64,000 nt of DNA. It comes from an uncultured Eubacteriaceae bacterium. GTDB taxonomy: Bacteria; Bacillota; Clostridia; Eubacteriales; UBA1433. The first letter of the stretch is position 1, and every line of letters starts with the position of its first letter. Shown here one piece after another: positions 30,362 to 39,201 of the stretch. Both the position numbers and the translations under genes were made by a program. The stretch covers positions 141,218 to 205,217 of the forward strand of contig CAZHMK010000005.1 in the NCBI GenBank assembly GCA_964533615.1, given 5' to 3'. The notes under the pieces were generated by a model. It was not told where the DNA came from and did not search any database. It worked only from the letters and a program-made list of their open reading frames with translations.

Positions 30362-30384
30362 TGCACGGTGAAGCCCACCGTGCA
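30362..30384 (+). terminator. Hairpin after the YkvI-like gene
   Basis: tgcacggtg-aagcc-caccgtgca. The tail is AT-rich but not a clean T run. Confidence 0.5.
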
Positions 30385-30438
30385 TTATAATTATAAGCAG
30401 AACATATTCATTGAATGGATATTAAGGAGGATAATCTT

Positions 30439-32121
30439 ATGAAGGAAAAAACATACCAAAGCGACCTGATGAAAAAAGGGCCCATCAGACAGGCCGCGCG
30501 CTCGCTCATCAAAGCGGCCGGATTCACCGATGAAGAGATCAGCAGACCATTTATCGGCGTTGCCAATTCCTGGACAAATATTTTCCCCGGGCATTCGCAT
30601 CTCGATAAATTGGGGCAGGCAGTCATGGACGGTGTGCGGATAGCGGGGGGCACGCCTGTTATGTTTGAAAACATCGCGATCTGTGACGGCATGGCTATGG
30701 GTACAGACGGTATGAAGTATTCGCTTCCGAGCAGAGAGCTCATTGCCAATTCGATCGAGACGATGGCAAAAGCGCACAACTGCGATGCGCTGGTGCTGGT
30801 TGCAAGCTGCGATAAAATAATACCGGGCATGCTCATCGGCGCTCTGAGAGTGAACATACCGACGATTTTAATTACAGGCGGACCTATGCAAAAAGGAAAA
30901 TTCAGAGGAAAACTAGACGAAATAGGGCCGCTGGAAGCTTCCGCGAAATTAAAACTGGGGGAAATTACGCCGGAAGAATTTAAACTGTATGAAGACGAAA
31001 GCTGTCCCGGCTGCGGCTCCTGCTTCGGAATGTTTACGGCAAACTCAATGGCATGCATGTCGGAGATTTTGGGGCTCGGGCTTGTCGGGAACGGAACGGT
31101 GGCGGCTATACGCGCAGAGAGAACCAGAATGGCGAAAAAGGCCGGCATGATGATCATGGATTTGCTCAAGGCAGATTTGAAGCCGAGGGATATTGTAACA
31201 AAAACAGCTATTGAGAATGCCATCACGCTTGATATGATGCTCGGGTGCTCTACAAACACGGCATTGCACTTGCCTGCTATTGCTAGCGCAGCGGGGATCG
31301 ATATGGAGCTGGAGGATTTTGACAGAATAAGCAGGATTGCGCCGCAGGTGTGCAAGCTTTCTCCTTCGGGAGTTCACAGTATGGAAGATTTGGACATGGC
31401 GGGCGGCGTGAGCGCAGTTATTAAACAAGGCATCAAGGCCGGCATCGTAGACGGTGACGCGTTGTCTGTGAGCATGAAGACAATCGCAGACAATGTTGCA
31501 GGTGCAGCTGTCTACGATAAAGACGTGATACGCCCGACGGACGATCCTTATTTAAAGGAAGGCGGGCTGAGAATACTTAAAGGCAATATCGCACCGCTCG
31601 GAGCTGTTATTAAAATAGGCGGTGTGGATCCTAAAATGTATAAGCACGTGGGGCCTGCCCGTGTGTTTGATAGTGAAAACGACGCGATGGGCGCGTTGGT
31701 TGAGGGACGCATCAAGAAAGGAGATGTCATGATCATTCGCTATGAAGGCCCGAAGGGCGGACCGGGTATGCAGGAGATGCTCAACGTGACGGGCTATATT
31801 TGCGGCGCAGGATTGGATAAAGATGTCGCGCTCATCACAGACGGCAGATTTTCCGGCGCGAGTCGCGGCGGCGTGATCGGCCATGTTTCGCCTGAGGCGG
31901 CGCTGGGAGGAGCCATCGCTTTGATAGAAGAGGGGGATATGATCGACATCGATCTAAACGAAAGAACAATTAATTTGCTCATCGATGAACAGATCCTTCA
32001 AAAAAGAAAAGAAGCGTGGGTATGCCCTGCCGCAAAAGTGGAGGGCGGCTGGCTGGCGCAATACGCCTACATGGTCGGCCCGACCTCAAAAGGTGCTCAG
32101 CTTTGTATCGATAAGAAATAA
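30439..32121 (+). CDS. ilvD: Dihydroxy-acid dehydratase (IlvD/Edd family)
   Basis: CDGMAMG, SCDKIIPGML, CPGCGSCFGMFTANSM and TDGRFSG. Start set to ATG 30439, 8 nt after RBS aaggagg; the ORF track starts at 30415. Confidence 0.9.
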   Translation: MKEKTYQSDLMKKGPIRQAARSLIKAAGFTDEEISRPFIGVANSWTNIFPGHSHLDKLGQAVMDGVRIAGGTPVMFENIAICDGMAMGTDGMKYSLPSRELIANSIETMAKAHNCDALVLVASCDKIIPGMLIGALRVNIPTILITGGPMQKGKFRGKLDEIGPLEASAKLKLGEITPEEFKLYEDESCPGCGSCFGMFTANSMACMSEILGLGLVGNGTVAAIRAERTRMAKKAGMMIMDLLKADLKPRDIVTKTAIENAITLDMMLGCSTNTALHLPAIASAAGIDMELEDFDRISRIAPQVCKLSPSGVHSMEDLDMAGGVSAVIKQGIKAGIVDGDALSVSMKTIADNVAGAAVYDKDVIRPTDDPYLKEGGLRILKGNIAPLGAVIKIGGVDPKMYKHVGPARVFDSENDAMGALVEGRIKKGDVMIIRYEGPKGGPGMQEMLNVTGYICGAGLDKDVALITDGRFSGASRGGVIGHVSPEAALGGAIALIEEGDMIDIDLNERTINLLIDEQILQKRKEAWVCPAAKVEGGWLAQYAYMVGPTSKGAQLCIDKK

Positions 32122-32137
32122 AGTATAAAGTTTTTCC

Positions 32138-32173
32138 ATAAGCTCTGTAATTTTACAGAGCTTATTTAATTTT
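32138..32173 (+). terminator. Terminator of ilvD
   Basis: ataagctctgta-attt-tacagagcttat (12 bp) followed by ttaatttta. Confidence 0.75.
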
Positions 32174-32285
32174 AATAAAATCATTGCATTATGTTATTTT
32201 TTACGGTTAAATATATCTTAGGGAAATTTTTGTCGAATAAAATAGATTTATTATTCAAATACAAAATGAATCAAAGGAATACGTA

Positions 32286-33284
32286 ATGAAAAGAATTTTG
32301 ATCATATTATTTTGCGGATTGCTGTGTATGCTGCCGACAGCAACTGTGTTTGCCGCGCCCGGCGGAGAGTACAGCATTGATGAACTGAAAATGAAGGTGC
32401 AAATACCAACGGACTGGGTGGTATTCACACCTGATACGAATGATGATGATACGGATCTGGCATATTACGGATTTAGCAGCGCGCAGGAAATGAAAGAGGA
32501 GCTGTTTTATGGCACTGATCTGTATTTATCTGCGTATTATGATATTTTTATAACAGGGGTGATGAGCTTTGAGGATGAATACAGCGAAGAGATCGGCTAC
32601 CTTGCCCAGATGGATTCGCTGTATGAAAATTTGTTCATGCTCGGAGCGCAGTTTGCGGAAGGCATGGCGGAAGACGGCTGGGAATACAGCGACTTTGAGC
32701 TCTACGAAAATGAAGAAAATGTGTATCTCAAATGGGATATGAGCATGGACAGTGACGACTTTATTTGCTATGGCGTAGGGTATATGACCATTATGAACGG
32801 AAAATATATCGCGTGTTTTTACTCAAAGTTTGATGAATTGATAGAGCCCGACAGGCAAAAATTTCAGGAAATGGTCGATCAGGTAACGTATACGGAGGAT
32901 GCTTTTACGGCTGCGAGCCAGAGTGTAAGCAGTGATGAGGGCGAACTGACAAATGAAATCGCCGGGGTGCTTACGGACAATAAAGACTTGATCAGCAAAA
33001 TGGCACTCATTGCGGTGGCGTGTTTTGCTGTTATTGCCGGAATCATTATTTTATTTATTGCAATGAGTAAAAGCAAGAAAAAGAAGACGGCGACTGTTAG
33101 AAGACAGCTTGCACAAACGCAAGAGGTTACTTACACGGCGGCGGCAGATAAAACAGAATACAATGCAAGAAGCAAAGATGACGAAAATACGCAACGCAAT
33201 TTGGTTATCTGTGATTACTGCAAAAAGGCGGTGCCTTCAGAGAGCACAGTCTGCCCCGTATGCGGAGAAAAGCTGAAAAAATAA
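32286..33284 (+). CDS. Secreted/membrane-anchored protein with C-terminal zinc ribbon, paralog 1
   Basis: Signal peptide, acidic ectodomain, TM helix, and a Lys-rich tail ending in CDYCKKAVPSESTVCPVCGEKL. Confidence 0.75.
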   Translation: MKRILIILFCGLLCMLPTATVFAAPGGEYSIDELKMKVQIPTDWVVFTPDTNDDDTDLAYYGFSSAQEMKEELFYGTDLYLSAYYDIFITGVMSFEDEYSEEIGYLAQMDSLYENLFMLGAQFAEGMAEDGWEYSDFELYENEENVYLKWDMSMDSDDFICYGVGYMTIMNGKYIACFYSKFDELIEPDRQKFQEMVDQVTYTEDAFTAASQSVSSDEGELTNEIAGVLTDNKDLISKMALIAVACFAVIAGIIILFIAMSKSKKKKTATVRRQLAQTQEVTYTAAADKTEYNARSKDDENTQRNLVICDYCKKAVPSESTVCPVCGEKLKK

Positions 33285-33308
33285 AGTACTTGTCGGAAAG
33301 GATACATC

Positions 33309-34292
33309 ATGAAAAAAGGTCTTACGGCGTTACTGATATTAATATTATTCATGACTCCATCGGCAGGAGTGCTGGCCGCATCCGGTGGAGAAGTTTATAT
33401 CGAAGAATTTGATATGACCGTTGATTTGGCGCAGGAGTGGACGGTCTTTACGCAAGAGACGGCGGATGACGATGAAGATGTGTATGATTACGGATATGAA
33501 AGCGCTCAGGAAGTTAGAGATTATTGCATTGAAAATGACGTCGGGATACTAGCTTACTACGGTCATTATTTTTATATTGTTGCTTCAAGAAAAGATGATT
33601 TCAGTGAGTATATTTACTCTCTGGCAGATATGGATGCAGATATTCTGGAAGATATGAAAAACGCCATAGAAACTTTAGGGGAGTATAATAAGGATAATTC
33701 AGAGATAAGTCAATCAGAAATATACCAAAATGACAATAACGCATACATACGTTTGGATATAGATAACAATAGTGAAAACATATATTGCATTATTTATATA
33801 ACAATTATTAAAGGAAAGTATGTAGAAAATTATTTAATGTCGGATAAGTATTTTTCAGATATAGAAAAAAAGCAATTTGAAACAATGATAGACAGCATCA
33901 CATACGGAAATGATATGTATGCTCTTGCGGATGAAAGCACAAGCGGCGAAGAGGGGGAACTCACCAATGAAGATGACGGGGCACTTACGGATCATAAAAA
34001 CTTGACTGGTAAAATGGCGTTCATTGCGGCGGTGTGTTTTGCGGTCATTGCCGGGGTAATCATTTTTGTGATGATTAAGAGTAAAAAGAAAACAAAGACA
34101 GAAGCGATGCAGCAGTTTGCCGAGATAGAGAAAACATTTCAGGACAGAATGGACGAAGCATTGAACGCTCCCAAACCGGAAAAAAAAGAAAAGGCAAAAC
34201 AAAGTATGATGATCTGTGAGTACTGCAAAAAGGCGGTGCCTTCAGAGAGCGCAGTCTGCCCCGTATGCGGAGAAAAGCTGAAAAAATCTTAA
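33309..34292 (+). CDS. Secreted/membrane-anchored protein with C-terminal zinc ribbon, paralog 2
   Basis: Same architecture as paralog 1. The 3' 67 nt are nearly identical to those of paralog 1. Confidence 0.75.
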   Translation: MKKGLTALLILILFMTPSAGVLAASGGEVYIEEFDMTVDLAQEWTVFTQETADDDEDVYDYGYESAQEVRDYCIENDVGILAYYGHYFYIVASRKDDFSEYIYSLADMDADILEDMKNAIETLGEYNKDNSEISQSEIYQNDNNAYIRLDIDNNSENIYCIIYITIIKGKYVENYLMSDKYFSDIEKKQFETMIDSITYGNDMYALADESTSGEEGELTNEDDGALTDHKNLTGKMAFIAAVCFAVIAGVIIFVMIKSKKKTKTEAMQQFAEIEKTFQDRMDEALNAPKPEKKEKAKQSMMICEYCKKAVPSESAVCPVCGEKLKKS

Positions 34293-34461
34293 GCCCGGGC
34301 GTAATGCCTTTTCATGTTAAATTAAAATTTGAACGTAAAAAAACAATTATTTGCCACAAAAACAGAAATTTTAAAACACAAACTTGCCACACTCTTGTTT
34401 TATGATGAGCATAAGCAAAACAAAATTTGCAATTAAAAGAAACAACAGGAGTGAAAATAAA

Positions 34462-34917
34462 ATGAAGTTTTCTAAAAAATTGATTATATTATCAGCGGCG
34501 GCTGTGCTGCTGCTCGCAACTTCGGCGACTGTGTTTGCCGCAACATCCGGGGATTCTCCCGCGGAAATTCTCGCAAGGCTTACAAACCGCTCAACAGACA
34601 GCGTCATAGAGCAAAGAGCACAGACTCAGCAGCGTTACGGAGAGATGGCAGAGAGCGCGGGGATCTCACAGCAATTTAAAGAAGAGACGACAGAGCTTAT
34701 GCAAGCGCGCCTCGAAGAACGCGTGCAAGCGGGAACCATGACACAGGCACAGGCGGATGAAGTGCTGCAACGCATTCAGGAAAATCAGGAAAACTGTGAC
34801 GGAGACTGCGACAATGCAACCGGCACACAAGGCACAGGCGGCATCAGATTCGGCAGCGGTGCAGGCGGATTTGGTGGCGGCGACAAAGACGGCAGCTGCA
34901 TTATCGATGAAGAATAA
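34462..34917 (+). CDS. Small secreted protein
   Basis: ATG 34462 follows an aggag RBS. Signal peptide MKFSKKLIILSAAAVLLLATSATVFA, a helical Gln/Glu-rich core, and a Gly-rich C-terminus. Confidence 0.7.
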   Translation: MKFSKKLIILSAAAVLLLATSATVFAATSGDSPAEILARLTNRSTDSVIEQRAQTQQRYGEMAESAGISQQFKEETTELMQARLEERVQAGTMTQAQADEVLQRIQENQENCDGDCDNATGTQGTGGIRFGSGAGGFGGGDKDGSCIIDEE

Positions 34918-34949
34918 TTCGCGGTGTTGATTGTTGAAATAAAGTAGCA

Positions 34950-34973
34950 AAAAGGCGCTTTGAGCGCCTTTTT
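34950..34973. terminator. Bidirectional terminator between convergent genes
   Basis: aaaaggcgc-tttga-gcgcctttt with an A run on the left and a T run on the right. Confidence 0.8.
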
Positions 34974-35002
34974 GATTGGGGAAAACAAAAAATTAAAAAA
35001 TA

Positions 35003-35827
35003 TTATACAGGATTTAAATTCGGAGAATAGAACATTACTTCTGTTCCTTTGTAAGAGGTATTCGCACTGTATTTAATAGTATATTCTCTACTTATATAAT
35101 CTTGATAAATTTGTTTTATTTCATCAACGTTATCATATGTTACTATCCATTTATGATTAAGTTTTGCTATTTCTTTTGCTAATGTAATATGATTATTTGT
35201 ATCATAATAATTCGTATATAGTTCTTTGCCCTTATAAAAATAAGGTGGATCTAAAAAAATAAATATATTATTATGATTGTCTAATTGATGAAAGAATTCA
35301 ATTGCATCTAAATTGTAAAAATGTATTTTGTCTTTATAACTATCAATTAAATTTAATTTTTGCAGTATACTTTTTTTGTTAAATCTACAATTTAATTTAT
35401 AATTCCCGTTTTGATTGTATCCACCAATAGGCCCAGCAGTTATTATACCTGAATGATTCGTTCTATTCAGAAATAATGTTGAAAAAGCTAATTCAAATAA
35501 CTCGGCTGTGCTTTTGTTATTTTGAATTTCTTTTTGTTTATACCATTCATTAATAGTTATGTCCGTTGAAATTATTTTTTCACATAGTTTGTCATTATTT
35601 GTTAACACTGTATTCCAAAAAGCATAGATACTTCTGTCAATATCATTAAGAATGATATTGTCTACAACTTCATTATTTAACAATGCCAGGGCTAAACCGC
35701 TCCCACCTGCATATGGCTCAACATATGTACATCCTAATAAATTATTTTTTTCAATTAGACTTTGTGTATAATTATATAATTGTGTTTTGCCACCAGGGTA
35801 TCTTAATGGCGATAATGTTATAGGCAT
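35003..35827 (-). CDS. Dam-class (D12) N6-adenine DNA methyltransferase
   Basis: LRYPGGK, EPYAGGSG (AdoMet motif) and FLDPPY (catalytic motif IV). RBS aaggag. Confidence 0.9.
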   Translation of the reverse strand: MPITLSPLRYPGGKTQLYNYTQSLIEKNNLLGCTYVEPYAGGSGLALALLNNEVVDNIILNDIDRSIYAFWNTVLTNNDKLCEKIISTDITINEWYKQKEIQNNKSTAELFELAFSTLFLNRTNHSGIITAGPIGGYNQNGNYKLNCRFNKKSILQKLNLIDSYKDKIHFYNLDAIEFFHQLDNHNNIFIFLDPPYFYKGKELYTNYYDTNNHITLAKEIAKLNHKWIVTYDNVDEIKQIYQDYISREYTIKYSANTSYKGTEVMFYSPNLNPV

Positions 35828-35886
35828 ATTAAGCTCCTTAATATAAATGTTAGTATAAAAATTTTATTATCATTAAATATTTCAAT

Positions 35887-37242
35887 TTATTTTGACCAGA
35901 GAATAGTAATTAAATTAGAAAAATTATCCCAAGTCAGCAATAAATCTTTTGGGATAGGATTAAAATTTTTGTTATGTACATATGAATTGAAAGTTCGCAT
36001 TGAGAAAATACTATTTTTGTTGGAAATGGCAATATCCATTGGTTTTATTGCATCATTGGTTAATGATTGTTTTCCTTTAACATCATTTATCACTTTTGAA
36101 AATTTATTTCTTAAGTTGTCATCTATAGAATAATTAATATTATTTATATCTAAATAATGTTCTATCGATAATTCAATAAAAACCCTAAGTAAAACAGCCA
36201 CAGCATTTGAATATTTTTCGATTTCCATACTTCTAAGCTCGAAATATATATTATTTAATCTATTATCTGTAATGCTCAATTTATAATTTGCCGGAATCAA
36301 TGTATTGCGTTCATACGAAGGTTTAATATTCCGTTTATGCATAATTTTGGAAGTATCAGTTATCTTTTTATCAGCACTTTCTTCTAATACAGGTGTTACA
36401 TTATTCATACTTTTTTCAAATGGCAATACTTGATTAGATTGTAAATTTGTATTTTCAATTGTTTTAGCCTGCAAATTAGATTTAGCAGAAAGATTATGTA
36501 TGAATTCTTCTATGGCAGGATTATCATAAACAATTTTAACAGTTTTACCTTTTAACTCATCTGCAATAGTTTTAATTTTTGATGCAAATTCTTTTTCATC
36601 ATTAATAATTAATTGACCATTTTTATAATCAAATTTAGCAAAATTTTGAGTAATTGGTCTGGTTAAAATTCTCTCCCAATTAGTTCTTGTAACTGAATTG
36701 ATTTCATTAGAAGTTAAATATTTATTTTTTTCTAAAAAATTTAGTGTGTTTTGCAAAGGTGTATTATGGCCTCTTAAATACTTAAATCGATCCTTTTGAG
36801 TCGAACCCCAAGTAATTAAACCTCGGCCGCTGTCTTCGCCAATATGCCTTCGCTCTAAAAAAATCATAAGCTGTTCTATTTCATTTTCTTTAAAAATAAA
36901 GGCAGGAATTTCATTTCCATAAGATATATCAGACAAACTTAAAGAGGAAAATTTTCTAAAATATTTTTTATTAGTTTTTATTAAATCAGGATTTGATAAT
37001 ATTTTTAACGCAGTAATTCTTCTATTGCCATCATAAACAGTGAGTTTATTATTATATTTATATACAGCAATCGTTTCTATTATTCCATTTTTGCATATAT
37101 CTTCAGCTAATTTATATATTTTATCGGGCAATGTTTCAATCATTTTTTCTATAGATAATTTTTCGTTATCTAAGGGTTCAAACCTAGGATTTTCATTCCA
37201 AAGATATAAGTCACTAAGTTTTATATAATCAAGTTCAGGCAT
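35887..37242 (-). CDS. ParB/Srx-fold N-terminal domain protein with unassigned ~300-aa C-terminal region
   Basis: LWNENPRF and VYDGNRRITALK are ParB-type motifs. The C-terminal helical region carries MRTFNSYVH (R-x6-H). RBS ggagg. Confidence 0.7.
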   Translation of the reverse strand: MPELDYIKLSDLYLWNENPRFEPLDNEKLSIEKMIETLPDKIYKLAEDICKNGIIETIAVYKYNNKLTVYDGNRRITALKILSNPDLIKTNKKYFRKFSSLSLSDISYGNEIPAFIFKENEIEQLMIFLERRHIGEDSGRGLITWGSTQKDRFKYLRGHNTPLQNTLNFLEKNKYLTSNEINSVTRTNWERILTRPITQNFAKFDYKNGQLIINDEKEFASKIKTIADELKGKTVKIVYDNPAIEEFIHNLSAKSNLQAKTIENTNLQSNQVLPFEKSMNNVTPVLEESADKKITDTSKIMHKRNIKPSYERNTLIPANYKLSITDNRLNNIYFELRSMEIEKYSNAVAVLLRVFIELSIEHYLDINNINYSIDDNLRNKFSKVINDVKGKQSLTNDAIKPMDIAISNKNSIFSMRTFNSYVHNKNFNPIPKDLLLTWDNFSNLITILWSK

Positions 37243-37299
37243 ATTTACCTCCGCATTGATATATTTAATTATAGCAAAAAAGTATTAGTTAATCGATAT

Positions 37300-39054
37300 T
37301 TAAAATAGAAGGTTTAATTTTCTATTTTCATTGTCTGTTGTTAAAGCAAGCATGGATATTAATTCTATATTTTGATTTTCGAAATTGTTTCGTTGGGGTC
37401 TATATGTTAAATCTTCGTCTGAGATAGATTCAATTAAATAATGAGGAGCCAAAGCATTATATGATATAAGAAATTCAGAATTAAAATTAAAAATTTCTTC
37501 GGTTCGTTCATTTAATATGTACTTAAAAATATTATGATTAGTATCAATATAAAAATATTTATAGTAATTATTAAACCATTCTTTTTGTTTTTTTCTTGAT
37601 CTTGTTGGGTATGGATTACAAGAACTTATAAAATGATCTTTTGTGTAAGTATTATATCGATTTAATGTCCAAAACTCGTGCTCATCTTCTAAATTATCTA
37701 AAAATTGATAAATGTATTTTTCTGGATTTAAATTGCTAGGTAAAAAAGTAATATTTTCAGGGAAGTCAGTTTTATTATAAGACCTCATTAATTTTTTCAA
37801 ATTATCACGTGCATCACCATCTAATAAAAGTATTGATGTATTTATCTCTTCAATACTTTCATTCAAAAATAATCGAATTAATTCATTACATCCTAATTCA
37901 GTTACTTTAATATATATATTATTTATAAAAATAGGGGCTAAAAGATTTAATGCTATTATTTGCGCTTCATTATCTTCGACAAATACTTTAATTTTCGGGA
38001 GTTCTTGGCTTATTAAGTTTAAATGATTTTTAATAGATAAAAAAGGTGGATTAGATTCAGATGTTATTTTTGTTGAATTTTTTCTTAAATAAATTATTTC
38101 AATATTATCATGAGTTTTTTTATCTTTTATAGAATTTTGTCGCATTTGATAGCTTTCTTCAATAATATGTGTAGAGTGAGTAGTAATGATAAATTGAATG
38201 TTATCTTTTGATGCAATTCGATTTAAAAAATTTATTAAATTTTTTTGTACTGGAGGATGAAGTGATGACTCTATTTCATCTATTACGAATACGGCTCCTT
38301 TATAATCGGTTCCTTGTTTTGATTTTACTCTTCTAATAGATAAAATCATTAGTAGTATTTTTCCTATTACATCTTCGCCAGATGACATAGATCTATAATC
38401 TCTATTCTCAAAAATTATATTAGCGGTATATTTAATACTAGATTTTAATGAGGATATCTTTTTAATATGTTCTCGTTTTAATAATATTTCATTATACCAA
38501 TTATGATATAAATTTAATTCTTTTTCATCAAGTTGAATTTCGGAAATTTTTATGCTTTTATCATCTATTTTTGATAAAGGAAATAATCTGTCTAAATACA
38601 ATGCCGCAACTGGTATGTCTTTTATGAAACCGCTACCTTTTGTTCTGGTTTCAGTCCAAACTCTTAGTTTTTTTGCTGATGAGTCTTTTCTTAATTCAGA
38701 TTTATAGGTATAAAAACCATTTTCGTTTATTTCAGTATTTAAAAAATTAATTTTTGCCCATAAACAATCTTCTTTATCATATTCTGGGTATGCTAATTTT
38801 ATGTTTTTTTCAAATTTTCCTTCTAAATATTGTCCATCGATGCTTATATAAGTTTTAGGTGGATATTTTTGATTTGCACTTTTCCTCGAATTATTAAATG
38901 GTTGTATGAGTAAACCTAGTATTGTAGATTTCATAGTACCATTATAGCCAGAGATTATAGTAATATTCTGGCCTAAAGTTATTTCAAAATTTTTTAAATC
39001 TCTAAAATTTGCTTCCAAACTTTTGATTATCATAAAAATTCCTATCGCTTTCAT
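37300..39054 (-). CDS. OLD-family-like protein: ABC/SMC-type ATPase plus C-terminal Toprim/DUF4435-like module
   Basis: P-loop ISGYNGTMKST, Walker B VFVIDEIESSLHP and IITTHSTH. The C-terminus has KVFVEDNEAQ and ILLLDGDARD acidic motifs. The alternative start Met 39033 fits family N-termini (MIIKSLEANFRDL). Confidence 0.65.
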   Translation of the reverse strand: MKAIGIFMIIKSLEANFRDLKNFEITLGQNITIISGYNGTMKSTILGLLIQPFNNSRKSANQKYPPKTYISIDGQYLEGKFEKNIKLAYPEYDKEDCLWAKINFLNTEINENGFYTYKSELRKDSSAKKLRVWTETRTKGSGFIKDIPVAALYLDRLFPLSKIDDKSIKISEIQLDEKELNLYHNWYNEILLKREHIKKISSLKSSIKYTANIIFENRDYRSMSSGEDVIGKILLMILSIRRVKSKQGTDYKGAVFVIDEIESSLHPPVQKNLINFLNRIASKDNIQFIITTHSTHIIEESYQMRQNSIKDKKTHDNIEIIYLRKNSTKITSESNPPFLSIKNHLNLISQELPKIKVFVEDNEAQIIALNLLAPIFINNIYIKVTELGCNELIRLFLNESIEEINTSILLLDGDARDNLKKLMRSYNKTDFPENITFLPSNLNPEKYIYQFLDNLEDEHEFWTLNRYNTYTKDHFISSCNPYPTRSRKKQKEWFNNYYKYFYIDTNHNIFKYILNERTEEIFNFNSEFLISYNALAPHYLIESISDEDLTYRPQRNNFENQNIELISMLALTTDNENRKLNLLF

Positions 39055-39127
39055 GTTTAAGACATTATTAAAAAATAAAATAATGACAGCGGAATCTGTC
39101 TTTTTTTAAAAGCATTATTTACTAATA

Positions 39128-39156
39128 ATTATAGTAAAATTATGTCGAAATGTCAT
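39128..39156 (-). promoter_or_regulatory. Promoter of the three-gene island
   Basis: On the minus strand: ATGACA (39151-39156), a 17-nt spacer, then TATAAT (39128-39133). Confidence 0.5.
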
Positions 39157-39201
39157 TAAATTATTGATTATTTATTAAAATTATATATAAATTAAATATT
39201 C

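Noticed and set aside
30408-31355. A 315-aa ORF lies antisense to ilvD, with other antisense ORFs at 30391-30777, 31045-31428 and 31552-31884.
   Set aside because: These are shadow ORFs inside a strongly supported, motif-rich plus-strand gene, and their sequence is low-complexity Ser/Ala/Ile-rich.
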